A stretch of 64,000 nucleotides of DNA from Octopus bimaculoides (Eukaryota): contig NC_068986.1 of assembly GCF_001194135.2 (NCBI RefSeq), forward strand, positions 110,974,135-111,038,134, in the 5' to 3' direction. The position numbers and the translations under genes are program-made. Positions 12,370 through 25,122 of the stretch are shown in pieces. The notes beneath the pieces were generated by a model. It saw only the letters and a program-made list of their open reading frames with translations. It was not told the origin of the DNA and ran no database searches. Each line of letters opens with the position of its first letter. Positions within the stretch are counted from its first letter, which is position 1.

Positions 12370-14320
12370 ATAACTACATCACTCTCATTTCTGCCTACAA
12401 ACGGATTCTAATGATATCGATGAAAGTATTGATGATGATGATGAGGATGAGGAGGATGACGACGTCGACGATGGTAATAATGAAGCTGATGATAATGACG
12501 ATGATGACGATTAGGAATTTTGAAAGAATTGGCGTTGAGAGTTGGAAGCTCATGATAATTATATTGATGATAATTATGACATTAATGATCATACTTCGCG
12601 TCATCGTTTTGTTCTTGTTCTTATTCGTGTCTTACTTCTACAACAACGACAACTACTACTACAAATAATATTGATATTAATGGTATTAATAATACTAAAA
12701 TTAATATAAATAACAAAAATCAGCTTTTATCATCCTCATCATCATCATTAAAATGAAGATGAAGATTCTCTTGACAATGAAGTAGATAATAACAGTAATA
12801 ATAATTATTAATTTTAATATTGTTATTATAATCATTATCATTATTATTATTACTATTAATATTATGACTCTTATTATTATTATTATCATCATTATTATCA
12901 TAAGGCGGAAGAGGAGGAGGATAATAATGAGATTGATGATGATGATGATGTCGAAGCAATTAGCCTAATTCCAAGTGTAAAATAAATCCATTTATTACTT
13001 GTTATTGTCTCGATGTTTTGTTGTTTTTAAAAAAATTGACCTGAATGGTAAATGTTTGTCTTCTTCCTCTCCCACTTCTCCTCCTTATTTTCCTTCCTCC
13101 TTTCCTTCTCTTTTGTTTTACTTTATTTTATTTTTGCGTTTAGTTTCTTCGTTTGTTTCAAATCTAATCTGGAAAATCGAACTGCTAATTGGCACTTGAA
13201 TTTTATTGTTTTGCCAACCAATACATATCGATCAGTGAACCCTTTCCTTCGCTTCCTTCCTTCCTTCCTCCACCACCTCCTCCTCCCCCTCTTTCTCTTT
13301 CAATGTTCCATTACATCAACATTAATGCAACCTTATTCCTAATGTCATTACAACATTGTTGGAATTTTTCTTGTACTATTTGTATTATTTTTCGTATTAC
13401 ACTACTGACGTTGGCACTGGTGGTGTCGTGGTGGTTGTGTGTGGCGTGTAAATGAATGGGTACTTTTGTGTGTTGGTCTGTATGTGTGTGTGTGTGTGTA
13501 TGTGTGTGTGTGTGCGTGTGTGTGTGCTGCTTTGTGTTTTCGGGATGGAGTGACACAAATAAACGACAACGCGCCTATATAACAAATAGACAGGAAAACA
13601 TGAAGACGATAACAGAGAATAAAACAACTGTAAAACTATAACAGAAATATTCAAAAAGAAGATGATGATGGTGATCGTGATGATGATGATGTTGGTGTTG
13701 ATCGTGATGATGATGATGATGGTAGTGGTGGTGGTGGTGGTTGCGGTGGCGGTGGCGATAATAATGATGAGGATGGTGGCGATGGTGGTCTTCGTGTCAG
13801 TGGCAGCGACGGTGGTGGCGAAGGTGACGATGATGAGGACGATGATGGTGGTGGTGGTGGTGACTGTAATGTTGAGGACGAAGATGATGAGGATGACGAT
13901 GACGATCAATGTTGTTGGCGGTGGGGATAATGACGACGAGGGTTATATTAATGAAGATTAGGATAGTAATTATTATTGCAATGTTTAATTGGATTGTTGA
14001 TAATATTGCTTTTTGTTACTGTTCATAATGATATTTTCATGGAGAAAGCTTCAGAGAAAACCGTGTTGGATAAAGATACAATTATAACATGAAATATTAA
14101 TGCTGATACCAACGCTGATGGAGATGATAATGGTTATAACTGAAAGAAAGATGATGATGATGATGATAGTAATCCATGCGATAAGGATGATGGTGGTGGT
14201 GGTGATGATAATGATGACATCGACAGCATCGGTAATGACAAATTTGATGATAACATTGCTAAATATATGAAACTTATTTTTTAATAATAATAATGATGAT
14301 AACAATGATAGTTATTATTA
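12370..14320. repeat. Field of degenerate trinucleotide repeats (GAT, AAT, GGT, CAT) with a CT-rich and a (TG)n patch
   Basis: Directly visible. It produces the poly-M/I/D/N/V ORFs in the track on both strands. Confidence 0.9.
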
Positions 14321-14332
14321 TGGCCAAAAAGC

Positions 14333-15805
14333 ACTGCCAAAGAAGCATGATGACGCGGTAAAGTCCGTTCATTGGCGGATATGTGAAAAGTACGGCTGAG
14401 AAACGAGAGTGGTTTGAGTATTTAGGAACACTGGATGCAGACGAGATTTAAAAAATGGAGAAATGAAACAAACTCCCTGCGGGGAGTGCACAAGGAGAGT
14501 AAGAACATTATTGCAGTCAAAGTTGAATTCAAAAAACAGCTTTGAAGCAATAAATTGATGAACAGTACGCTTTATCAGATATGGAGTTGGGATTACGGAC
14601 TGGATGAACAATGATATAAAGAGACGTGAAAGAAAAAAAAAACTAGGAAGTTGTTGACAATGTATGGAGACCACCATCCGAAATCTGACGTCACCGGCTG
14701 TACTTGAAAAGAGGCCAGGGTGGAAGAGGTTTGATAGCCGTAGAATAATGTGTACAGATGGAAAGAAAAAGTCTAGTAGAGTATTTACAGAGCAGCACAG
14801 AAAAAAAACTACTAAAGACAGTCAATAAAGGGCGTGTGATGAAGCGCATAAAAGGAGAAAAGGACAAGAATGAAATACAAAAGGTGCTCCTTCCTAAATG
14901 TGATAGCGACAGAATCTCTCTGTCAAGAACAGAAATTTGGCAGAGGTCTCCAGAACGCTGAAGACACTGTCAATACTGCAATACCGGTTTTGAAAAATTA
15001 TGCTGTGCAAAAAGAATACTTTCGTTTGGCAGAGATTCTCAAAAAGTAAGATCCACAAAATAAACAAATGGAGAGAGATCACTGATTCTGGTTGATGGAC
15101 GTAAACGTGAAAGGATAGACAGAAACGCTAACCATATAGACACTCAGGAACAAGCCCCTACAACAAACCTGATACAGGCAAAGATCGACAAAGCTTAGAC
15201 AACAAATGGTGAATCCGCAGTAAAGGAAACAAGAGCACCGATCTCATTTTCTGTGAGTGTAGTACACTAGCACAAAAGAAATATAAGCACAGCCATAATT
15301 ATGCAGGAAAAAAAATTTCAGCGGAATTTTAGACGAGATCATGGTTTAAAGCAACAGAAAAATATTATGAACACAAACCAGAGGCTGGGATAGAAACTCA
15401 AAATTACAAGATCTCGCGGCACTTCTTCATAAAGACTGACCATACTATCAAAGCAAGAAGACCAGACATTATTATAGAGATATTAAACACAGTGCAGGCT
15501 CATAGATTTTGCCTCTACGATAACATATTTCATGCCAAATGAATTGAAAAAAAAAGATCGAGAAATATCAGAAGCAAGTCAGAGAACTGAGAAGACTGTG
15601 GAAGACTAAGTCAACAATTATTCCTATGGTAATTGTTGCACTTGGCACAACACCCAAAATGCTATATAAAAGACTGAAAGCGACTGGAATTGAAATTCAC
15701 ATTACAGAAAAGTACCATCCTATATTCTGCAAGAATCCCAAAGAAGGCTCTTTTGACGTAAAAAGACTTGTTGTCACTAAACCTGAAGATAAAATACCTG
15801 CTAAC
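14333..15805 (+). mobile_element. R4/Dong-like non-LTR retrotransposon, 5'-truncated and frameshifted (end of RT, CCHC knuckle, RLE endonuclease)
   Basis: Across frames: YLGTLDADEI..RRVRTLLQSKLNSKNSFEAIN..RYGVG..TRKLLTMYGDHHPKSDV..RLYLKRGQGGRGL; QEQAPTTNLIQAKIDK; CECSTLAQKKYKHSHN; YEHKPE; KTDHTIKARRPDII; EKYQKQVRELRRLWKTKSTIIPMVIVALGTTPK. Many stops and frameshifts. Confidence 0.9.
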
Positions 15806-17862
15806 TAATGACGAGGAGGGAGAGGGGAGGAAGAGAATGACGATGATGATAATGTTTACTAGTGTTGGCAGTGATCATATTTATAAACAAGGTTACATGA
15901 ATCTGTGTTTGTTTATAATACTTCCCTAGAAATGTGCAAGGCCAGAGGTTGGTGTAGGCAAACCTGTTTGCATTAATCCCAATATATGACTGGTACATTG
16001 CTTGACACCGGAAATAATAAGGGCAAATCGAAACCGGTGCGATGAGAATTAAGAATGCCAAGTTCGCCAAACAGAGCAATGATTACGTTACAGAGTTACC
16101 TCAAATATAAGTTCATCACTTGAGCATCATTAAAGTATAAGGTGATGCAAGCATTATGGTATCTCAGGTAATCGACTCAAGAATGAAAAACAGTGACCCA
16201 CAGTTATTGTAGTATAAGGACAGAAATCAGTGGGAGAGAAAAGCATGCATAAAGTATGTTGCATTCTTTAAGGTTTTGAGATCATATCCCGTAAGACATA
16301 TTGCATCACGATGAACAGCACTACATCTTTATCCTCTGACTCCTCCTCCTCATCAACATCATCATTCTTCCTCATTCGTATCAGAATGGGCTGTTCTATC
16401 AATGGGTATCCTCGCACGTCGCTAAAGCGGATCGCTCACTTTCTCTGGCTTCTACCACGTGATCCAGGTAGTGATCGTTTCTTTTAGCCCCTTATTTGTT
16501 CTCATGCGAGTTCTATCCTGTTCCCGGTCAATCAGTACAGTATATATCTTGATACATCCCCTACACCTTTCAGAACGTGTCTAAGCTCATTTCACTCACC
16601 AATATGTTGCTGCACGTTAGACTTTGTTCAGGAACATATTACCTACCATATCAAATGTCACGTAGACTTTATAGAACGACTATATAGTTGAGTCGATTCA
16701 CAAAACATTATCTGTCCCTAATACAAAGCTACTTGTAAGATAAAGTAGTAAATGAAACCATATGATTTAATGGTTATGTTTTCATATTTAATTTACCTTA
16801 CTTAAATGCCAATCCTCAAATAATATCTCTATTATATATAACTGTAACGCCATATTCTTTCTCTAGTTGCTGTTGTTATCTCTCCGACAGGCATTTTCTT
16901 GTATTATTTTATTTCTAATGAGAAATGTCTACGCCAAATTCTCCATGCTCGCTCAACCACCCATGTCAGCTACCAAAACTCTCCCAAATAACATTTTGCA
17001 GTCTTAAAGCAGAATTTCGATCATTTGAATTCGAACTATAGCATGGCGAATCTTGAACTTAATGTAACGCCGGTTTAATGTTATCGAAATCACGGTTGAG
17101 TGTTATTTAAAGAACGTTTTGTTGCTATTTCTAGCAGTTCGAGCAGCTACAAAGGAGATAATTTCTTGGCTCAACTTCCATTTTATATTTATACTTTTGT
17201 TGTTATCGATAAATATAACATGAAGAGACATGGCGAAATCTAAAATAACTTTAAAATACCAACCCTGTCATTACCTGCACGGAGAGCATTCCAATGGACT
17301 TTCATTGAACAACGACCGACCATGCTTTTTTCTTTCTTAATTAAGCACCTATAATAGCGAACTCGGTCTCAATCTGCAGAATTTTCTGACAATACACACG
17401 AGGAAAATGCTATAGTGTCAACTTATCTCGCCGACCAATCCAATGAAATATCTTTTCTTCGTTCGTATTCATTAATGTTTACCGCAATTCAAGTCGCGTT
17501 CGCTTCCTGCGTTAATACTCTCCTGTCACGTATATTTATTATGCGGCCTTTATTCGCCAAGAAGTATTCTATTCGCACAAACACGTTTAGCAATTTACAC
17601 TTCTACAATCTTTCGCTATTGGAAACCAATTAAAACCTAACATAACACTTTGCCATTTCTATCGTTCTCTAAGCACGTGTGTGAATGTATGTCTTGTATT
17701 CTTCTGTGTATATGATCTTACAGACACGCGCACACATGTTAGCATCTGTGTATTCACACAACTGCAAATATATACCTATATATATGTATGCACACACCCA
17801 CACACATTTATATACATACGCAATATATACACATATGCATGTGTTTTTGTGTATTATGTATG

Positions 17863-17907
<45 letters not shown>

Positions 17908-19016
17908 GTATGCATGTATATATGTATGCACGCACTCTGATATCTGTATGCTTCAATATAGACATGTATACAAATTGCCTTGGCACATTCTCAGAGTTCT
18001 TTTTCGTTATAGATTGTAGCAACCGCGATCTCAGTAAGGAATGTTTTGTGAATATTAAAGTTCTTCACAGCATCGTAACGGTGAATAGGCCATTGTTTGT
18101 GCTTATATAGACGATTATGTTAAAGATGGAATAGGATTCCTTTTTATCTGTCTTCTAAAGGTTATCTTTCTTTTCACTGTCAATTCTATATGTTAGGTTT
18201 GCGAGGCTAGTAACATACAAGAATTGCAGGCAACAATAGACACTGATACCCTTCACGTTAAATGTATGATGGACATTTTTCTTAACCAGTTGTTCGTTCT
18301 AAAAGAAATAACGACTTATTTTATTACTATCATTATTTTTTAAAATTCTTTACAGTATTCTTTTGTGAGACTCTCTCGTTGCTGCTGTTTCGATAGAAGA
18401 ATGCTAGGATCAAAGTTGTTCCATTTATTCTCACCTATTCTATTTTACATTACATTATTCGATGTGTTAATTTGCGTATTTTGTTTCTCTGTTTTTGTTC
18501 TTGTAAGTCTCCAGGTCTCATCAGGCAAGGATCTTTAAATTTGTCCAGATCATTGGCACCCGACAATTATTGTGCCTATGCATTTCTAGAGCTAAATTAT
18601 TCTATGTGCCTTCTCTTGATTTTGCTTAATTTAGAGCCAGCCCAAACTAATTAAAGCGTTACCAATGAATGTAGAACTGCATAACCCAAAGTGTACTCTA
18701 TACATTTTAGACGGTAGAATATTAGTTGAAGTCGATTTGGTTGTTATTTCTAATTGGATGTCCGACTATGTAATGAATTTCCCAGATCGAAGGAAGTTCT
18801 GTAGAGACGCAAAACTATTCTTAATACGTGTTAAAATTTTTTCGAAAACAACAAAAGTTGTGATGATTTTTTAAAAAATCTTAAATATTCAGCAAAACAG
18901 GAAATCCTGCGGATTAGAGATGATAGAACGCTATGATTCAAGGATTATAATATATCTACTTTTTGTTTTATATTATTTACAATTGACGGATATTTGACTT
19001 CATCTTGTTTGTTGTT

Positions 19017-19063
19017 CACACAAACATTTCGCCTGATATACGCTCCAGCCTTCATCAGGTGTC
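19017..19063 (-). ncRNA. Minimal type I hammerhead ribozyme-like motif (degenerate) in the Penelope terminal repeat
   Basis: Minus strand: GACAC CTGATGA A GGCTG GAGCGTATAT CAGGC GAAA TGTTT GTGTG. Both core words are present, stem I is ACAC/GTGT, stem II has one mismatch, and stem III is mutated. Penelope elements are known to carry minimal hammerheads. Confidence 0.65.
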
Positions 19064-19107
19064 TTGGAGAAACCTGGGTTCTCATTCGATATTATTATTA
19101 TTCAGGT

Positions 19108-19176
19108 CACTGCCTGGAATCGAACTCAAAATCTTGGGGTTAGTAGCCTGCACTCTTAACCACGAGCCATATACCC
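19108..19176 (-). other. tRNA-like (Pol III A/B box) sequence embedded in the Penelope terminal repeat; not a functional tRNA gene
   Basis: GGGTATATGGCTCGTGGTTAAGAGTGCAGGCTACTAACCCCAAGATTTTGAGTTCGATTCCAGGCAGTG. A box TGGCTCGTGG, anticodon-like loop CTACTAA, B box GAGTTCGATTCC. Confidence 0.7.
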
Positions 19177-20949
19177 GTGCGCAATTGTGGAGTGGATTTT
19201 TAGGGCTTATAAACCTAATATTTTCCTATCCTTCCTTAATACCGGTTCCCATATGCTATTCATATCTACACTCGGTCTGCTTAGGAGGTTGTTGTGTCCT
19301 AGCATATGTGCTGCTTCTTTTAGTTTTCGTATTTTCCAGTGGTGTTCTCTGTCTATTATATTAACTTCATCACACAGGGGGAGGTGGTCTCCATTTTTCC
19401 ATACATGATCAGCTATACCCGATTTATTAACATCTCATGTCATAGCTTTATGATGTTCCTCTACCCTTATTGAGGACAAATATCTGCCAAATGTGAATAA
19501 TGTTAATAAAGTACAAAATTCCTCATATCTTAACTATAGAACTATAATACACCTGTTTATTATTCTGTGATTTAGTTTTGAGAACAGACACTTGATTTCA
19601 TCATTTTGATTCAAGTACATGCTATCACACGAAGCAAAACATTCCAGGAATCAAACCATAGTGGATTAATAAATTCTCCAGCTTAAGGCTTAAGCAAAAT
19701 ACATCCACGCCAGATATCTCTCCAGCAGAAGAGATTACTTCAAAATGTAAAGTTTTTGATGTCAGCTGCAGGTGAAAAGGCCAGTTATGTAAAATGGTTT
19801 TGCCATGTACCTCTTTGCCTGTATACCAAGTCAGACCTGCATGACATAATTTAAATGGTGCTATTATTCCAACATAGAAGATGTGAAACTGAATGTCAAT
19901 GATTAAATCCCACTCAGTCAGTCAAATGAGACCCCACGTAAATGAATGGGGCCGCCCCGAATCGGTGATCATTCTCTCGTGATCACCTCTTAAACTTACA
20001 AGCAAGTAATTTACAAGCCTCAGTGTCGATAACATTAAAATGAGCGATGGCCAGAATATTTGATAACTAGTTTTCTAGTAAGCGGAGAGTGGGGCCGGTG
20101 CGCAATGATGCCATCGAGATGCAGGCCCCGAAACGGCACGTATTCTCCCCTGATGACCGCATACACTTACTGGCTTCCGGTATGCTGACCATTCGACTGG
20201 TAGCACTTGCATGTGCAAGTTGCTTGCAAAACATCTTTATCATGTAACAGGTGGCACTATACACATCTCACAAACAATTATTCCAACCTTTTCTGGTTCT
20301 TATGTTTCATGGCATAGCATATGCCAATGGAGAAGGAGTTCAATGCCACTAAAATTGACCCCATATTCACAAAGCAATTATCTATAGGAACTGTTATAGA
20401 ACACAAAACATAAGCGTATGTGATATTCTGTGCATGTATTTTTAGGTGTGTATATCTATCTGTCTATCTATTTGTCTCTATCTATTTGCCTCTCTGTATA
20501 TATAAATGTGTGTGTGTGTGTGTGTGTATGTGTGTGTGTGTGTGTGCGTGTGCGTGTGTGTGAGGTGCAAGCGTATTTGTGTACAACAAAGAGATGAATT
20601 AGCTACAAAGAGATTGTATAAGATTGCCATAAATGGCACTGTGGGTTGAAATGATTGTATAATATTGTTGGTTGATGGCTTTTAGAAACCAATAGAACTT
20701 ATATTTGAAACAGGATGTAGGCTATAACTTACGAATCATAAGAAATACAATAACGAGGATTTCTTGTACATTGTCAGTTTTGAATTCGTTGTTCAGGAGA
20801 TGACTACAAGATACATGAATAACACCATTCGTAGGAAAGCTTAGGAAAGACAAAGCAGGAAGATGAAAAAAGCTTAATAAAACGAAGCAAGATATAATAC
20901 AATCAAATGCTGCAGAGTACAGGGAGTAATAAGGAGGGACAGGGGAGAA

Positions 20950-21200
20950 CAAATTCAAATGGAGATCTAGATATTTGTCCTCCCAGAATCAGGATAAGGC
21001 ATAATTTTGACACAAATGTCACCTTGGAAACATGCTGCTCAAAACATGCAACCCAACAGACGGACAAATCCAGGATGTGTTTTAAATGCAACGTGGTATG
21101 CCCAATGATATGCGTATGAGGAGCGATGTACGTAGAATCGACCAAGATTTACATTCAGCTCAGAGTAAAGGAACATCTCAATAAGATCATACTATCCAGC
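20950..21200 (+). mobile_element. Penelope-like GIY-YIG endonuclease remnant
   Basis: ..PPRIRIRHNFDTNVTL..KCNVVCPMICV*GAMYVESTKIYIQLRVKEHLNK resembles the motif NVVY..C..C...YVG.T.R.L..RVKEH. Confidence 0.55.
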
Positions 21201-21285
21201 GTCAGATTCCTGCACCATCGACACTGTGACGGTGACTTCGGCTACCTGGATATTTCACATATAGCCCTTTATCCTTTTATATACG

Positions 21286-21321
<36 letters not shown>

Positions 21322-21364
21322 GAATGTGTGTGTATATACTCACGCACACAAGCCACACAGTACT

Positions 21365-21451
21365 GTACTGTTTCTAATTCACGGATTTTCACATATCGCG
21401 GAGTTTGGGGGAACGTAAAACCCACGAGATTCGAGGGATTAATATACTGTA
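21365..21451. mobile_element. Tigger/pogo-like terminal fragment
   Basis: ATCGCGGAGTTTGGGGGAACGTAAAACCCACGAGATTCGAGGGATT..ACTGTA resembles Tigger-type ends (..CGAGGG..ACTG|TA). No partner end was found. Confidence 0.35.
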
Positions 21452-22162
21452 ATGAATGTTATGCAGATTGATGTCATATAACGTAATAAATTGTGCGTGA
21501 AGAAATTGCTACGCTATCGAAACCGGCATTGAAGTAAACCTTCCATATATCCACACACACAAACACACACACATGCATATCTTTGAATCTTCAAATTGTG
21601 TCAGCTTTAACCTATTGCCTACAATGAGCCCCATTTGGGGATCTGCGAAAACAGTCTCAGTGCCGCTTGTTTGTTGTATTCAAAGTGAATTGCTTATGTG
21701 CATTGGATATGCAGAGGTGTGTTTAACAATATTTAGTAGATAAACTTAGTCGTTATTAGTTCTGGCTAATTCTAGAGGACATTTTATGTCATAAATCGCA
21801 ATTTATTGACTGTCTTGATTTTATAAAATTCTGTTTTTGCATTTCCGATGTGTATCCTTCAATGTTATTTCATACACATTCGTATTTCATACTATGCTTT
21901 CAAAAAAACTAAAATGCTTATTATTACACTGTAATAGAAAAGGATAAATATGCTATTTTTCCAGCGATCCCCATTTCGGACTTTTTCCAAAATATGATTT
22001 CTAACATAACTCACATACGAACAAAATTTAAATACTATATATTATTTTAAACAATAACACACCTAACAAAGACCCCGAGAATATGAATAACAAATGGCAG
22101 TTAATGGGCTAAATCTGATGTCATGCTGGGGCAAAACCATATATTTCTATGTATATATATTT

Positions 22163-22373
22163 TTTATTTCAGATATTTTACTGCAACCATGTTGGAGCTC
22201 TGCCTTTAGTTGAGCAAATCGACCTCAGGACTTATAATTTGTAAGTCTAGTACTCATTCCATCGGTCAATTTTGCCAAATCACTAAGTTTCGGGTGAGTA
22301 AACACACCAGCATTGGTTGCCAAGCGATGCTGGAGGCATAGAGACACACACACGCACACACACACACATAGAA

Positions 22374-22461
<88 letters not shown>

Positions 22462-22614
22462 GACAGGCTTCTTTCAGTTTCCATCTACCAAATCCACTCA
22501 TAAGGCCTTGGTCGGCCCGAGGCTATAGTAGACGACACTTAACTAAGGTGCCACGCAGTGGGACGGAACCTGGAACCATGTGGTTGGTAAGCAAGCTACC
22601 TACCACACAGCCAC
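22163..22614 (-). mobile_element. SINE family B, near full length: tRNA head, central block, (TA)n/(CA)n, tail
   Basis: Minus-strand head GTGGCTGTGTGGTAGGTAGCTTGCTTACCAACCACATGGTTCCAGGTTCCGTCCCACTGCGTGGCACC (A box TGGCTGTGTGG, B-box-like GGTTCCGTCCC). About 70 bp of (TA)n lies inside. Confidence 0.85.
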
Positions 22615-22619
22615 ACAGT

Positions 22620-22780
22620 GTGTGTGTGTGTGTCTGTGTGTGTGTACTTACGAGTGTGTGTGCTTCTTTCAGTTTACTTTTGTCCCACACCACCACTTCA
22701 CAACCAGTTTTGAAGTTTATGTCTATGTAACACTTAGCAGTTCGGCAAATACTTATTGAATAAGTTTCAAACTTTGGCGA
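22620..22780 (+). mobile_element. SINE family B tail fragment in opposite orientation
   Basis: TTTGTCCCACACCACCACTTCACAACCAG..GTAACACTTAGCAGTTCGGCAAA..GAATAAGT is a divergent reverse complement of 22255-22340. Confidence 0.6.
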
Positions 22781-24001
22781 AGTCTGATTGCCAAAGTTCA
22801 TTCATTCGACTAAAAATTTCCTGAAGCTGGAATCTTTTAGTGGAGTGGCTAAAATAGTGACTGAAAAAAGTGAAAAACATGATATGGAATATATAGATAT
22901 GTACATGCATGCATACATGCATACATGCATATGTGTGTGTTTGTGTATTCACACATACTTGCAAACATACATATATAAATATGTGTTTGTATGTATATGT
23001 GTGTATGCTTGTGCGCGTGTATGTGCGTACGTGTCACAACAGGTTATGCCCGGAACTTTTGAATTTAGTGTAACGGTTTATTCGCCAAGTGGAAGTAACA
23101 TTTCTTTCAAATGGCCATAAAGAGAGAAAATAGAAGGCATCATTACGAGAAATGGACGATGAGGTAGTAATTGTTAGAGTTCTATATAAAAAATGCTTAT
23201 TTTAGGAGAGTAAATATACGATAAATAAGGTTGAAGGTTAGTAAAGGGATAATGCCAAGATAAAGAATGAAATAACATAAAAAATAGGTGAACGAAGGTC
23301 AAAGAACAGTGAAAGAGGTAGTGAGATATCAAGGCTAATATTTCTTCTGAATTAATCGAAGAGAAAAACAAGAGAAATACAAAAAGGCAAAACAAAAGAA
23401 AGCGGATATTTTGTAAGAGTGGGGTTATAAATCCAATCCGTGTGTTTTATTTTCGTTTTTACGGGCTTTCATACATGTGTATTTCTGTGTGATTCTATTT
23501 GTATGAATGAATGTGGGGGTGCGTTGGTCAAAATATTTCTATGAACTTCGGAAAGTTGACAATATATTTACATGGCAATTTTGTACGGATTCTAAGTCTA
23601 ATATTTAAATGATATATAGATGTTTATGTATGTGAGTGTGTGTGTGTGTGTGTTTGTGTTTATGTTTTTGCGTGCAATGTGTGAGTGTAACGTGCGTGTT
23701 TGTGTGTGTAGAAAATAAGAACTTTTCATCGTAGACAAGAGAAAGAAATGTTTTACATTTTTATCAAAATATGCTATCGGTTTCAGTTGTATCTTCACCA
23801 GAAACACCTTTTTACAAATAAAAGTACACACTGTTCAGCTCAGTAATCCAACAACACACTACACCAGTACACCGCCTAACTCACAACCCACATCACAGAC
23901 ACCACTATAAAACTCCGTACTAACATCATGCCATTAGTCATACACTCATACGTACCTTCCCACACTAGCACACGATATATTGTAGTGTCCACAGATTCAC
24001 A

Positions 24002-24310
24002 ATTAAAAGCAATTTCACCTGTGCATCGAAACATTTAATTAATGCGATAACATGTTCAGGATGTGGAAACAACTATATAGGCTAAACAAAAATGTCACCG
24101 AGACGGTGAACTACACTGCACAACGAACGGATCTGTTTCCCAAGGAATAGAAAATACCATTGAGTGAACACATAAGATGTACAAGGAAACTCCAACCAAA
24201 CTTCGTGGTTTTCGCATCTACCAGTGCAAGAAAACAACTTCTATGCAAGGACTAATAAATACAGAAAATATGTTCTTTGAAAAATACAAATCACGTCTGG
24301 ATATGAGCTT
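24002..24310 (+). mobile_element. Penelope-like GIY-YIG endonuclease remnant
   Basis: In frame from 24002: IKSNFTCASKHLINAITCSGCGNNYIG*TKMSPRR*TTLHNERICFP. This matches IK..FTC.S.NxIY.ITC..CG..YIG.T of Penelope GIY-YIG domains. Confidence 0.7.
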
Positions 24311-25078
24311 ATAAGCAATTGCTGTTTTTTTAGATATTGTAATTCATGAATGCATAACCAACTCGGTACATATCTTACTTCACTACTTTAACTGTTTATA
24401 GCTTCGTAAAATAAATACTATGGACTTACCTTTACCAAAAGTATCACCCCTGTCTTGATTAATAACAATCGTCAATTACATTTCCTTAGAAATTTTTTAT
24501 TGTACGCTGGTTCATTTATAAAGCAGTTCTCATACAAACAACATGAACTAAAAGTCAAAGAAAATACGAAATTTTAACATTTTCACCAATTTCAATATTC
24601 CACCAATTTTATCATTACCGAAACGCGAAATCGGTAGACCATAATATTTTATCCTTTAAAATATATTATGATATTCTATGTTTTTAAATATATCAAAAAT
24701 ACATAAATCGTGTAACATTTCCTTTATTATTTTTATATATTTTTCATTACATATACGTGTGTGTGTGTATGTAGGTATGCATGTATGTATGCATGTATAT
24801 ATGGATGATTGTGTATATGTGCGTGCTAGATTTGTGATTACCTACTCTTAAAACTGAGGTTTCATAGAATTTTTATCTTGAATGTTTTCGGTGTCTACAT
24901 GTGAACAAAAATTCAGAATATTTTAGAAAACATACATGTATTAAACAAGAAAAAAATTACGAAATGGCGGCAACAGTTGTTGTCATGGCGACAAGGTTGT
25001 TCTTAACATAAATACACACACGCATACACTTACATAAAATATACATACACATATAGATGCGTAAGCATATCACACACA

Positions 25079-25122
<44 letters not shown>

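Larger units (their letters stand above)
18972..19560 (-). mobile_element. Penelope-like element 3' end: GIY-YIG C-terminus plus terminal repeat, with an inverted copy of the repeat end
   Basis: Minus strand 19470-19205 reads RVEEHHKAMT*DVNKSGIADHVWKNGDHLPLCDEVNIIDREHHWKIRKLKEAAHMLGHNNLLSRPSVDMNSIWEPVLRK. The end motif GATGAAGTCAAATATCCGTCAATTGTAAATAAT (minus, ~19004-18972) recurs inverted at ~19470-19502 (TGAGGACAAATATCTGCCAAATGTGAATAATG). Confidence 0.8.

Noticed and set aside
13311-13460. Protein-looking peptide TTSANVSSVIRKIIQIVQEKFQQCCNDIRNKVALMLM
   Set aside because: It has no recognisable family or clear splice or start context, and it is embedded in simple repeats.
16360-16600. RTE-like LINE 3' remnant on the minus strand (G.RGRSQRK..RFSDV); similar LLLCGCET at ~53690-53730
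   Set aside because: The motifs are too short and degenerate to support a call.
21607-22112. TTAA-flanked piggyBac-type MITE (TTAACCTATTGCC..GGCAGTTAATGGGCTAA)
   Set aside because: The putative TIRs match at only about 10 of 16 positions.
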